DNA of 64,000 nucleotides from Catajapyx aquilonaris. Its lineage: Eukaryota. Shown here piece by piece: positions 26,861 through 40,997 of this stretch. The translations under genes and the position numbers were made by a program. A model generated the notes under the pieces. That model did no database searches, had not been told where the DNA came from, and worked only from the letters and a program-made list of their open reading frames with translations. Numbering within the stretch: position 1 is the first letter of the stretch; each line of letters begins with the position of its first letter. The DNA lies in contig KZ538080.1 of the NCBI GenBank assembly GCA_000934665.2, positions 62,001 to 126,000 on the forward strand, read 5' to 3'.

Positions 26861-27610
26861 CTGAAATCACAAGTCACAACACATTCTAATAAGCCTCAAT
26901 TCAACCACAGCACATTCGAACCAAGCAACAAGCAACACTGTGAACATACATAACTCTGATCTTCCTAGAGCTGAACACTAAAGCCCTATCTTCTCCAAAT
27001 AGAAAATAGGGTCGTTTGGCTCCAAAACCGAGCTTACATTCCCAGATCCCACCAATTCTTCGCCAGCCTCTTGTGATTATTTTATGGCCCGTAGCCTCAT
27101 TTAGACTATTGCCTCCTCCGAACACTTCAGCGTAGATCTTTATCGAGGCTCATTCCGAAGCTTCTCCAGCAACCGCAACCATAACCGCCCGAGAAGAATG
27201 ATTATGCCATTGGCCACACCTGAAACGAGTTCTTTTTCCCCCAACCCCAAAACANNNNNNNNNNNNNNNNNNCCCCCCCCCCCTCCCAATGATGAAGCCC
27301 TTCCCTGTCATTCTGGCCCTACTCCACTTATATTCCCGCAATCAGATTGACTGATTGACACTTCTGCTCAATTTCCACGCCGGATATCACTCTGTCTGCG
27401 TCATTTGTCCCCAGCGCCACTGATTTGTGGCGGACGACAAGCAGGCCGTAAATTCTATGCGCTTCAAGCGACAGCGGTTCATTACGCCGTCATAAAAAAT
27501 TAGGCTACGTCAACTGGATTTAATTGTCCTGCAGTATTACTCGTATGTGAACTCATCGCCATGTATTTCTTCCGTCGTAGGGTGTCTCCGCAACCGGCCC
27601 GTAGGTTTGT

Positions 27611-27681
27611 GTATCCGCTGATGATGATGCTGTATCCGCTGAAGATAGGGCTGTATCCGCTGAAGATAGGGCTGTATCCGC
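27611..27681. repeat. 21-bp tandem repeat (~3.4 copies)
   Basis: GTATCCGCTGAAGATAGGGCT units starting at 27611, 27632, 27653 and 27674. Confidence 0.85.
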
Positions 27682-30600
27682 AAGGAAGGAAGCGCCCACA
27701 TTCCGCCGCAGCCACACCGTCCCTTGCAGCCTCTTGCCAGCAGGTCCACACCCAGATGCCACTGTCCTCTAGCGAGTTTTATTTATTAATTATTTATTAA
27801 TTGGAAATAATCTCCACGGTCCGAACTCGAGCTCTGAAGCCCGAGTCAAAATGCAAATTCTCACACAAACCGCAGAAGGATCGATCAGTTTCCCAAAATA
27901 CCCCGTCACATCCAGACTAATTCTGGGTGATATTTGGACGTCACGGAATGAGCCCATGTATATACAACAGGAGCCGCGAAACGGACACGAAGCAAACGAA
28001 TCGATGTCGCCTTCACGTGGCTTTTTTTTTGTCCTGTCTTATATAGTCGGTCCCCCCTCTGAGCACGCACAGAATCTGAGACCGGAGTCAAAGTTCCGGT
28101 CTTAAACATTGTTGTTAGGACCTTCCGCTCCACGGTGGCTAGCCAAAGCGTGCCACGCTGCCGTTATACCATATGCGCAGTAGCGTTGCGCATAGATGCG
28201 CAGTAGCAATGCGCAGTACTCACACTCGATGGAATTCGTAATCTTCGCGACGAATATAATCGGGGCTAACACTAACCAAGTTATTCGACCATTTCGGACT
28301 GGAAGCTCAGCATGGTTTTAATGCGTCGGTGCAATTAGAGTAGCCCTCTCAAGCCCATGGAATGTGGCCTGAGGCCTATCGCAATCCGCGCCAACGAGCC
28401 TACATTTTGAATCCCGCTGACAATTTTATCGGTACTAAAGCACACTTTTCATAAAACTTGGGGAAGGTGAACTGGGAGATAGTCTTACGGTTCCTAATAG
28501 CCCCGTGATACGGGTTATACGAGACCCACACCCCCTTTTCCTGCTCTTTCACGCCAATGGCTCCGGGTACAAGCAGGGTCGAAATAAAACCGGATCCCAA
28601 GAGATGAGCCACAGTTTCTTACAGTGCCAGGAGATGTCACCACGGTAGGCGATTCCTATTGGTTGCTCGATGTAACAGCGCACAGTTCTATCACAAAACT
28701 TCACCCATTTTTTCAGCCAACCTTTCCACGGCCCATTAACAGCTAACTCGACATTACACAACCAGGAACTTCTGAATCGGTCCATTGTTCCTTTTTGCTA
28801 TCTCAGTCCGCTCTTCTGCAGCTCCCATATCTGGTGGAAGAGCAACTTTTAGCTCAATTTGCATAGAGAGCCGAAAAGGGCATCCCCCGCGCAGCCAGAA
28901 CCCGGGACCAAAGATAACCCAACCCTAAATCCCAAACACCCGCTGGTGCACTTCCGGGTGAATATTTATCAAAGACACTTCCGGCCTTGTCCCAAAGAGA
29001 GAAAATTGGCACCAGGGAGGTCCTTTTCTCTCCTAGCCTTTGAGAGCCAGCTTCCATTACAACCTTCTTTACATGTAATTACAGGCCCCCAAGGACAGTC
29101 TCCGGGTGATTATATGCACATGCATATATGCCCGTACCTCCTTCCAGTCATTTCCAGCTCCCTGGAGACAATCAAGACCCGGGTCGCCGTGCCGGTAATG
29201 AGCCTGCTTAACTAAGGGTCGTCTCTCCCAAAATGGGACAGTTAACCAGGGGTGGGATAATGCCTGGAATGTTAAGCGCCAACTGATACTCCGGGTGTCG
29301 GTCGGGGTGAGGGCTTGTATTGGCACCTTTTCCAAAGGTGGTGGCTTGGGATTGTGACAGGGATTGCTTGTCACTCTGATGGGCCCGCTCTATTATATGT
29401 CATAGGATGCTGTGATGTGCTCAATTATTTATGAGCAGAAAAACAGTTCAGCATGTGGCACATAATAAGATTTTTGGCAGGTTTTTGGATTCTCAGCACC
29501 TGAAAAATGCGTTGACTGATGTCACATTGCAGTTCTATACATAGATTCTATTGCCACAGAAAGAAACTTGCGAAATCGCATATCCTGTGAACGCCACTAC
29601 CTGCGTCACCTCCCTGTAGGTAGTGGTACTCGCAGGATAAACACCAGAACGAGTATACCCAATGAAATTGACCAATAGCAATACGTTTTAAAAAATTGGT
29701 CAAAAGCATTCTACCAATATACGTCGTCAAATCTGTTGGTAGGAAAAATGAAAGAAGTATAGGCTGATGGTTGTATAGAGCCAAACTTTGTTTGACAAAT
29801 AGTAAGACCTGTGACAGTATATGCACTTCACATTATACTATAGGCTCGTCTCTAACAATAGGCAAAAGTTGTTGAATGTATACTGTGATTGAAAGGGAAA
29901 ACTTGAATTTCATATAATTCGGGCTCTCATCTGGTTGCAAACTTTGAACCTTTCTCAAGCGGTACAGACATACAGTACCGCCATTTGAACAAAAACGTTA
30001 CTTTCAAGTGCTTGAAGTATCCCATTCAAAAAAAATTCTAGAGCGCAGAATACGCTGAAGTTGAACAGTAACAGGAACGAGTGCTATAGTCTAAAACCCA
30101 CTCTCTCATTCCAGCGCCTGATGCAACTATATACAGTCTAGTTCTACGTATCTAGGCCGCAAAGCATGGCATATATCGAGCCCAAATGCACGGGAAAGTC
30201 ACGTCTCAGGTATTCCATATAACCTTATCAGCAGGGCACTATATACTGCGCATCAAGTGAACCTTAGCAATCAAGTTATCCTCAGTATCAAATTCGTTTA
30301 CAGCCCAAAATAGCATCTGAAAGCAGGATACTTCTTGCGGTTCATATATGGCCTTCTGACATGAACACCCATATCGACCTTATTACAGTCCCAAAACCAC
30401 TAGTGTGTTCATATGACTCTCATCAGTCATCACAAACTCTCCATGGGCCGCAAGTAAACTCTAGCCGTTATTTCCTCTGGGTCGAGTCACAGACTCAAGT
30501 TCCTGGTCTTTTGGTGGGTTTTAGTCAGCAAAAACAGATTCTCCCAGAGCACAATTCGGAATTACCAAGACACCACCGTGTCTAACAATCCCCACAATAA

Positions 30601-32239
30601 AACTCACCAGCACGTACGTTAGTTATACGGTACAAGTCATTTTTTTTGTTCCGGAAACCCAAGTATGCTTATTTTATATCCCTAAACATTATTTCGAAAC
30701 AGCAGCCGTGCATAATGTAATCACATCTCATCCTCTGCCTGCCGGAAACCTCCCACGCCCAGAGAAAAATAACCCATACGCGTAATTTGATGAAATTTTA
30801 AAACTTTCTTGCTTATGCTACAGTTACGCCAGTTCCGCCGCGGGACTAAAATTATTCCCTACATACTTCACTACAAACTACAAGGCGCACTGCATCAAAA
30901 ATCGCACTAAAAATTCGACGCATTTTTTCTTCAATCAAACATTGTTTACAATAATGTACAGGTACGCTCAGAACTTTCATCGGTCTCATTTCTTCATGCA
31001 CACTTAAATTTTATTATAAATTTTTCACTGCATTAAACTAGTCGACCCCACTTCCTCCTACATAACCCCCAGTTCGTGTCAGAATCCATATAAAAAACCC
31101 TGAATATGCATGCCCCCCCCCCCCCCCCCCCCCNCCCCCCCAGCCAGTCCATATATACATACACCATCTCATTGACTTTCAACACGATCTCCGTTTTTAA
31201 TTTTTGAGTGCACCAGTGCAGATCAAGTTTCAAGGGATCAAGATTACGCTGGTGTAAGGCCCGAGAGCCAGGGATGGTGGTAAGCTTATATCCCACGAGT
31301 TTCACGGGTCAATATATGGACCATGAGCTTCCACCGCCTGGCCAAAATCCCTATTTCCTCGGTCCCCATTTTCTACACACACACCCTTTTTGTGAACCTA
31401 GTACGGTTTCCTGCCAACTACACATCTCACCTATCCCAAGTCATCAAGTCCTGGTGTCCACACCCCGAGTGTATATATACGCTCTCACTGTACTCTAGCG
31501 GCTCATCTATTTTTCAGGCATTAATCCGGCTGTATTGCATGAAAAACGAGGCCTGGCTCTAGTTTTACTGGAAGGCGCTTTTCCAACTAAATGGCACTAG
31601 CACCGTGTAGTGCCCAAATCACTGGCTGGCTGCCGCTAGAATGTGAACAGGGTGGACCAAAATGCTTAGCGTAAAAAAAAAAGCGTACAATATAGTACAA
31701 GCAGGATTCATGACATATTTTCCCTCTCAAGCCGAGTACTAATGAATAATTTATAGTCGCCGGTAAGGATATTGCACCGGGGTCCTAGGGACTACGCATA
31801 AGCTGGCCCATTACGACGAAAGGGTAACAAAAATTAACAGCAGCGCTCAATAGCGGAACTGTAAGCCATTCCTGAAGGCAAACTGCTGGGAAAATTGGCA
31901 AAACAAGATTATGACCAATAATTTTAAGCTCTTGACTCCTCACACAAACAAACAAAAAATCGAGGTTATATATTTTTGAATAAAGTAAATAATGGTTACA
32001 TATCCGAAACTTTCTTGTCAACCCTTTGAGAGCGGATGAAGAAACCAGTGTGTACTTTTGCCTCCCTCTGTATCAACCCACTGAATTATTACATTCACCG
32101 GGAAGTGCGCGTTAAACCCCAATATTCGCCATTACACTGCGGCCACTGCTCTAAAACCAACAGTTCGCAATCAATAATGCATACAACATGATGTACCCGC
32201 GTTTTTCCACCCTCCTGATAAAGCCTTAGATGATCATCC

Positions 32240-32500
32240 TGGGTAGCCATGGTGAACGATGGTTATCAGATCAGGAAGCCATATCAGAGTGTTCATAATG
32301 CCTAGGATGTTCAGAAATCCAGCCATTGAAAGACCTCAATTTGAGTTCCTGCCCGGAATGCCCCACACGGCGCCATTCATGCTAATTCGACCTCTTTTTT
32401 AAATTTAAAAAAAAAATCTAGTCCTACAGCCATAATACAAGTGCATCCTATCGTCCAGGCACACACAGCCCTAATGGCCCGCGATAAAGTGGACATTTGC
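32240..32500 (-). pseudogene. Possible decayed PIF/Harbinger transposase fragment
   Basis: Minus-strand fragments VQMSTLSRAIRAVC and MAGFLNILGIMNTLI resemble Harbinger transposase segments (STVSR.. and GFP.V.G.IDGTHI). They are frameshifted and short. Confidence 0.3.
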
Positions 32501-33376
32501 ACTAACAATTTGGTCCAGCTCCCAGAAGAGAATGGCACCCTCTCTTCTTCAGCCATAATGGCAGTAGGTGGGGATGAGAGGTGATGGACCATTTTGTCAC
32601 ATGCTAGTTATGGGTGGAGAAAAACTTCGCTTTTTTTTTAGTCCCATCCAGCCTGAGGCATGGTTGGGAGCAATCAACCAAGCAACAAGTCCATGGTTTA
32701 TCAACGCCGCCCATACATTATTCACAGCTATTTTTGGTTGTATTTATTACCCCTGTAACACCTTTATATGACAACATCCTCAATTCCACAGGCTGAAAAT
32801 TCAGCTGGTTCCATACTGCGTTACTGACCCAGTTTTGGCCCATACTTTTCATCCAGCATGTTGATCCCCCGTCATATCCCAACAATATGAACGACGTGTA
32901 TGATTACAGAGAAATATCGGGGCAGGCTTTCCCACTCCTTTATAATAGAGTCTGACACGAGACGCTAACCCAGCTTCTACTGGGTGTAGGCTGCAAACTA
33001 ACCCTGGCGCATGCAAGCGGATAGCACGCTGTTGGCACTGATTTATTATCGCTCCAGAACCGGCTCCTGTACCCAACCTACCGTTTGGAAACGTCCTGTT
33101 GATTTAACCGAGAAGTTAAGCCAGGGTCTCCTGCTTTAATTTCCCGCATTATCTCTTAAGTTGCGCGTAACGAAGTGGTCTAAAGCGGGTAGCAATTCCG
33201 TGGGCATTCTCTAATGCGGTGGTTTTGAGTGGACCCCCCCCTTGCAGGCCCGTTCTCAGGAGGTTATTAATGTGCAGACCCGTACTCAGATTCTTGACTT
33301 GTATTTAATTACACTTAAATGCAAAGAAATTATTACGAGGCGCCTGGAATTTAAAATGGAAATGAAACTGGTGCAA

Positions 33377-33655
33377 CGTGAATAAAATTATTCAGAATTA
33401 TTAGTAGGCCTATTATTCAGAATTATTATTAGCAAAATTAATCAGAATATTGCATAAAATATTCAGGCTGATGCATAAAAATATTCAGATTGATGAATAA
33501 AAATATTCAGGTTGTTGCATAAAAATATTCAGGTTGTTGCATAAAAATTTCCAGATTGATACATAAAAATATTCAGAATCGTGCATGAAATTTTCAACTG
33601 ATTAATAATTTTATGCATGATGCACCAAATGAATGTTGAAAAATATTATTCACGA
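33377..33655. repeat. AT-rich ~21-22-bp degenerate tandem array
   Basis: Repeated GCATAAAAATATTCAGGTTGTT-like units, bounded by CGTGAATAA / TTATTCACG. Confidence 0.75.
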
Positions 33656-34853
33656 TTCTAATTAATTTAATTAAACACGGTTTATTAGATTGCTTAACGG
33701 CTCAGAGGATTACTGATAGTCCCCCCAAAAAATGTGATTCCGGACCTTTCGATTTATAGTGTTTGCCTTGGCCATTAATGGGTTCCCTGGTCCCTAATTC
33801 CCACAACTTGGGAGATGGCACGCTTATAAACATGGCGACACCTGGACTAGTATGGACATGCCTTATCACCTAATACCCATGGTGTGTTCAGCCCTGGTAG
33901 CCGACGACTACTTCACACTGCAGTATTTTTCAATCAACCCGAGTGCTGTGTACAGGTTGGCCGCAGTCACGCTCCCTGCACCAGTATATTTGCACAAATA
34001 ATTACCATAATGATGCTGTTTGCCAAGGATCGAACCAATTCTTTTTTGTGTGTTTTGTCACGACACGCCATTGAATCGTGATGCGCAGATGGCGCAGTTT
34101 GAGCCAATAAAGTAGTGGCCCTACAATAAAGTAGTGTCCACTACACAATGAACAGCCAGCTATATGACTAATACATATTCATTGCAACGGCCAAAAATAA
34201 TTGAACGACTCCGTTTCTTCCGGACTGATCGACATTACCACGTATAGATCCGTCTAGCTTCCAAGAAAAGTAGTTCAATATCCCCTTTTTTCTTCCAACT
34301 TCAGCTCTTCGTTTCCTCTCACGATTTTCTCTGCCCCGAGTTAGATCCGGCGAATTTAACGCCAATTCACTGTTTGATTGGGCGGCCAATCGACATAGCT
34401 AGCTCCAACCATCAATTGCCAGAAAAATGGTAAAAACACTTCTCCTGGAAAAATCCTACATATGAAACCTCTTTTTTACACCCAGCCACAAACGTGACCT
34501 CCCTCGAATGCATAGTTGCTTGAAAGGCATAGACTCGGAAGAATGTGAGAGTGCGGTGGGCTGGTGTGGGAGCAGCCACAGCCGGGTTCCTCCGAAAACC
34601 TGGCCAAAAAAGAGGCAGGCAAGTGCTATTCCTTGTGCCAAATCCCCCAACGTGGTGTTGCCTTCCGACTCATACATTTCCGAGGCCCCTGCAGCTGCAA
34701 CATCCACTTCATCTCGTTGCATCGCCTTTTCCGCCAAGCATCCCAACATCCTAACCACCACAACTTCCAAACACCACCCAGCAGCTTTCGCCCCCCACCC
34801 AAATCACGGCTTCTGGAATCTAGATCAATACCAAACCACTCTAGAGGGGGATA

Positions 34854-36966
34854 TAGACGAGGGCACAAAACCCATCTGGACCTCGTGTGTGTAACACTTC
34901 CACAAAGCTCGTCAAAGATCCTCATATGTCAGTATGATCATATGAATATACAGTGCAGGAGGGTATCCGGACTTTTCGCCCCCGCCGTTTCGCCCCCGGT
35001 CTTTTAGTCCCAGGCATTTTGGCCCCCGTGACAATTTCGCCCCCCGGTCACATATCTTTCTCCTAGAGACTTTGTGGCACTCTGTAACAGAATGTGGGAT
35101 GTTTGCCCGAACTGATAGTATCACTATCTCTCGCACCACCTGAGGATGGCAAGAGTGTGCAGAGAATGCGCGACAACTATGGGGTAAATCGGTGGGCCAG
35201 TTGTTGCCATTTTGCCAAATTTTGTCAACGGGTTCAATTCTGCAATATTTCTCATGTGGTGGACAAAAATGGTGGTACGGTCGACACTGAACAAATCCCT
35301 CACTTTTCGTCCCCTCCACTTCGGGATCAGGCACAGATTATGGTCGGAACACTGCATTGTGACATCATCTCAGAGGGGGTCCACCCTCTCCCTAGTCCTC
35401 TATGGCCATACTGCCAAAGTGCGTTCGATTGGACAATGTAGCTATGACAGCGGATGATCGATTACTCCCTAGAGCCTGAATAAATGACCCTAGCCTGACG
35501 CAACAGGCCCGAAATTTCATTGATGGAGCTTTTGGGGGGTGTAGGGAAAAGGGGGAGAACTGCTGGCTAATTGCTGATTAATGCGAAATTCAGCCAGTTT
35601 TGCCTCTGACATGAATCAATGGTCGCCCCCTCATTTTTTCCTCTCAAACACCCCTCTAACTGCCCTCTCCAAGCTCTCAATTTTCCCAGGACAAAGAATT
35701 CTCTAGGCTAACACCTTCCAACAATGTACCAGCTGCTAATTAATTGAAAGCAGAAAACTAACAATTGACCTTTCATCAACCACCCTGTATTACTACTATT
35801 GCAGGTACTGTACTGAACTTAATAAGGTCATACAGCTCCTATACGCCCGTGTTTATAGTGACGTGAGAATGCCCTACTTGCAGAATCCTACACATTCGCA
35901 GAATTCGATAACATCCTCGCAGAATGCTGGCATTACCAGCCAAAAGGCTCAGGTTCAGAGGAACAACTCGACTTTTTCTCACTGCTCCCTAGTTCCCATC
36001 TAATTCCGGACATGTCCGTCGGGAAAATGCCATCACGACATCATCTTCTAAGGCCCTTTCCCGAATCCTTTGAATTATTTAAAAGCCTTCTCCGGATGCA
36101 ACCGCAAGAATTTCCTTGCCTTGCACCCAAGGGCTGAATTTCGCTTCCAAAATATTGCTCCAGGTAAACGCTTCTAATGCACATAAGAGCAGGTTTTTAA
36201 AAAATAATAGTAGGAGCCTCTCATCAATACGCATGTCATAATCATTAATTATTAGGTGTAGGTGTAATTACCGGGCCGTGCGCAGCCAGTTTTGAAGCTC
36301 TTAATCACATCACTCACATAACCTGCAAACTACCCCTGTGCGAAAATTGGGGTAAACCAAAACAAACGTGACTCCGTGTTTGCACGACCCGTTAGCATTA
36401 TGCATTCCTGCAATTATCATGCATCACGGAGGGTGATGGAATGCGAAACCAACCGCCGGGTGAGATATGGAGAAATGATTCTGTCATGTCCGGCATAATC
36501 AATCCGCCCATACGGATATGATCAGCTGGGGGTCCGATAAAAACTGGAACATGTGATTTCCTTGAACCGGAGATTTATCAAAATCAACTTGGCCGGTGTG
36601 TATCAGTTTGATCTGATTCCAGTTGCATTTTCTCGCTGATTGCCAATTAGGTCAACCCAGCTCTTCGAGGCTTGGCTTGCTTAGTGCTGATTCAGTCATT
36701 CGCAAGTAGGGCAACTGGTATATTCTTAACTAGCAGGAGACCCATGGTTGCTCGGGTTATGAAATTCTTCGAATGAATCGCGAAATTGTCACGGGGGCCA
36801 ATATGCCGGGGGCTAAAAGACCGGGGGCGAAACGGCGGGGGCGAAAAGTCCGGATACCCTCCTGCACTGTATATTCATATGATCATACTGACATATGAGG
36901 ATCTTTGACGAGCTTTGTGGAAGTGTTACACACACGAGGTCCAGATGGGTTTTGTGCCCTCGTCTA
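34854..36966. mobile_element. Element bounded by 187-bp inverted repeats (34854-35040 / 36780-36966)
   Basis: Direct comparison shows 3 mismatches in 187 bp, with TA at both outer ends. The inner 80 bp belongs to a TIR family also seen at about 7677-7826 and 14650-14728. Confidence 0.75.
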
Positions 36967-39880
36967 CTTTTCTGCCCTTTCGCCTCCTGAAGCCAAGGAT
37001 GACCTCGGAGGTCAGGTCAAATGTGCTAAAAACCTTCCCAGTTAAAAACTACCCCTAATGATCACCCTGGGGCATACGTCGAGGCCTCCGTATTGATTTG
37101 CATCGGGAACAAGTGGACAAGATATCGTCTTATGGTCGATGTGTTGGTTAGTACGATACATTGCTGAATCCACCAGTTCAAGCCCTTGTTGCTGAAGTAA
37201 ACAATTCATCTCCTGGGACCCTGTATAACGTCGTCAACCTGATCAAAATAAAAGCAAAACAATATAATGAGATAGTGAAAGGTAAGACGTGGGGGTCGGT
37301 AAATGAAGCATCCAGCAAGGCGGAACACGTTTCCAATGATGGCCCATCAATATTCGGGGGGTCCCCGGAGCTCCTTTTTTTCTGGAAGAAGAAAGTAAGC
37401 TTCCACCAGCCAGTCGTTTCCACGGTCGACATGGTTTATTATGTGGAAGGAAGGATCCAGTCCTTTTTTTTCTTCCTACCTACCTTTTTTTATATACATA
37501 AAAATTCATGATGCCAGACATTGCAATGGAATCGTTTCCTTCCTGCACGAAGTGCTTGAGTTACATCCACTCCTGTCATCCCCTCTAGCAACCGCCCTTA
37601 AACACTTCAATTATTGTGAGCCAACGAGCAAGCTAAACAAATCCTTTCCAAATCGCATCACACTTTAGAACTAGTCTAAAAAAAAGTGGGCTAAAAAGTT
37701 TTCCTACTGTTTCATTGTTAAATGTCCTCGTTGTGGTGGAGTCGATTGGGAAGCCAAATCCGCAGATTGTAACTAATGGGCTCCCAGAGGCCAATTACAC
37801 CCTATTACTGCAAGACCCAATAACCCTTGAAGTCAAGAAAACTATTGCCAGTAGTTGGGGCGTATTGTTTTGCTTTGTTTCAAAATTCCCCTGGGCATGC
37901 TTACATTTATGGAGTTGAATTTTTTCCGAACTATTTTCCTGTTACTAGTTTCTGGGTGAACTGCCTTATGCTAATTACGTTATTATTATTAAAAATCGCC
38001 CTTGTCTCATTTACATTTAAGGGCGGTGCCATGCAATGCAAAACTTCTGTCAATATTTCCATGCTCACCCAATTTGGCGCCCAAAATGAGCCAAAACAAC
38101 GCATTCAAATGCAATTTTCCCAGTCTATTATCCTATCAAAACTCTTGCCTCAGGCATGTAACTGTCAATCTTTATTTTTTTGTCAATAAAGTCTTGAGTC
38201 ACCATTGAATGACGCCAATGACAACACATACCGAACCATTCAACAGTAAATTGCCCATACTTAATAGCTAAGTGGCACAATACTTTCATTGGTGCTGTTG
38301 CTTTCTTCCTGCAAAAATTAGGATCCTCACATCTCTATGATCCAAGTTGCCTTTTATGGCATTAAAAAATGACATTTTAGAGGCCGAACCAAACACTACT
38401 TCATTACTTAGTACCTCACCCAATTCCAGCCATAATTCTCGCGACTTTCCGCCCCCATCCAGGCAGCACAACTTGATTATATGCCCCCCCCCNNNNNNNN
38501 NNNNNNNNCCGAAGAATGTTGGTCCCCGTTCCAAAGCTAATGCCTACCCCGTCTAACCCTGGTTGACTCTCCCAAATTACGATGTACATAATTGCGACAA
38601 ACGTGGCCATCAAAAGAACCCAATTGAAGACCCCCACGCTATTAGAATAATAATAACCCCCTTCACCATTTAGCTCCGCCACGAAAATAGCTCCTGATGA
38701 CCCAAAATTAAGCCCTGGGAAACTACATTTTCTGGGTGTGTGTATATGTACAGAAGCAGAGGGTTGGGTGGGCACCCTTTGTACTCCTCACTGACTATTA
38801 CTGTTGGCAGCCAGTCATTTGGTACTTGTCTTCAATTAGAGATACAACAGCCCCCGACATTTCCGTCGAGGATGCTTCCACTTTGAGGGTGCTTTCAACC
38901 ACATTCGCCAAAACACACATGGGGGACCCATCATTTTTTTAAAGGCTGTGGACACACACAAAAACGGTATGTTTGCCCCAATCCAGAGGAACAATAACCA
39001 CATGGGTTGACAATTGCTGGGCACCTCTTTGTATGGCGCTCTTTTTTCTCTCCTTTCGCCTAAAATCCAGGCTTGTGAACCGTTATAGAACTCGTTTTGT
39101 TCCGGGTTTGTCGCATTGTCCCAAGATAAAGTGGGGGATTCCATCCCGCTGGAGAGTGTGGTTGGAAACAGATGTCAGCAATTACAAACTTTTGTGCGTG
39201 TGGTGGCCATGGTGGATGAATATATGTACTTTTGGTGGGATACTGCAGCTGGCAACTCGAAACAAAATTTTACTTATTTTTTGTTGCAAATCCACCAAGA
39301 GATGGCGCCACGTTAGCCTCGCCATCTACCGGCAGTAACTGCCTGTAAATCACGCCCAGACGACGCCCCCGCCATCAAGTGACCCCAGGGCAATCCGACA
39401 CACTCTTTACGACCGGTCTCGACGACCCTCTGAAGAATCCTCCACTCCATCCCGAAATGAAGATCTAATAGTCATAATAATTGGTATGGAGGGGAGGGTA
39501 GAGGGGGGCAGGTAATATACCTTTTGATCCTCCTCCATCACAAACCCTCCTATTTACCTGGCAGCTCACGTACCGGCCACGGCTCGCCATGGCCCGATTG
39601 TGTGACCATAACGAATCAGAATCCGCATTTCTCAGCTTTAGGTCCGAGGGTGCCCCCGAAAAAAAGATGTCGTCTCCAGATTCCCCCAGCCGAATTTGTA
39701 ATGCTCCTTGGTGAGATTCCCCCAGACGCAATCTGCTGGGAGACCCCCCCACACCCCTCGTGTCTTCTTCCATATAGTGAGGACAATGACCGTCGGCATG
39801 AACATCCTCACTTTCATCAGACACGTGTAAGAGTGTGGGCCTCGATTGACCAAAGAGAGACCCTGTTCAAATAAGCGGAG

Positions 39881-40053
39881 TACTGCCGTCCCAAGGAGAA
39901 ACACCCTAACTGCAAAACTAGTAAGGGTGAAAGTCGCATGCATGTCCTACACTAATCCCCCCTGACTCAGAGGGGAATAGTGCAGGGCATGCACGCGACC
40001 TTCATCCTTACTGGTTTTTCAGTTAGGGTGTTTCTCCTTGGGACAGGAGAGTA
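39881..40053. repeat. ~170-bp palindromic MITE with TA ends
   Basis: GTCCCAAGGAGAAACACCCTAACTG / CAGTTAGGGTGTTTCTCCTTGGGAC arms. Self-complementary almost throughout. Confidence 0.75.
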
Positions 40054-40997
40054 TAGCATGGCACTGTTTCAATGTAAATAGACCAATACGTACTGTAGGG
40101 CATCAAAGAGATGCGTTGCCGTATACAGGTGCATTGTAGCGTTTATTAAACCTGGATGGCCAATTAGCGAATTTATTCCGGGTCGTCTGCGAAAGCAAAA
40201 TAGCGGCCATTCCTGACGTCGTCATACGTTTGCAAAAGTGCATAGAGAAGCAACACATTAGTGTCACTCTTCCCTAAAACAGCAAATATTCACATGACGC
40301 ACTAGCATTTGCCGCAGTGCAAGCAATGGATACACTCTGACAGTGAATCAAAATCAACTTAAATAAGTGGACAGCAAATAGTATTTTCTCCCACGTACTT
40401 CACTGGGACAGCAATCCATGCAAATGAATATACCCTTTAATTCTTCGCATATTATATTTAAAAAATTAATTGGAAAATGTGGATTTTTAAGTGGAATCTG
40501 GGGAATGTGAAGTATAGTGGTCTACAGACCTAAATTCAGACGCGTAAGTGGAGGCGGTGTAAGAAGTGGAAATTCCTACAATATTGCTCTTCCACTTCAG
40601 TGAAAACGACCTCAAGATGCATCGTCTAACTGACAAATACTTCAACCCCGCTGCTTTTATTTTCACCTCATCATTATACAAGTGAAAAATCCTTCTGCTA
40701 ATTAATAGCACAATTCTTCCACTTATTCACTCTGAATTAAAATTTCTTCCACATGTCACCATATAAATGGAAAATATATAGAAAAAATGTTAGTAATCCA
40801 ACCCAACTGTTTATTTACAATGCAGTATTTACAACCTCATGGGTGCCATAAGTCACAAAAGTGTTTTTGGTACGAGATGTACTGTACTAGCCCCAAAATG
40901 GCATTAATAAGGTAAATAAATACACAAGCAAGCAAACAAACAAATAAATAAACATGTGGAAGAAAATGCTTGGCTTTTTCCCACTCACTAACTGAAA

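Noticed and set aside
33377..33655. CRISPR-like array
   Set aside because: These are degenerate tandem units without unique spacers, in a eukaryotic context with no cas genes.
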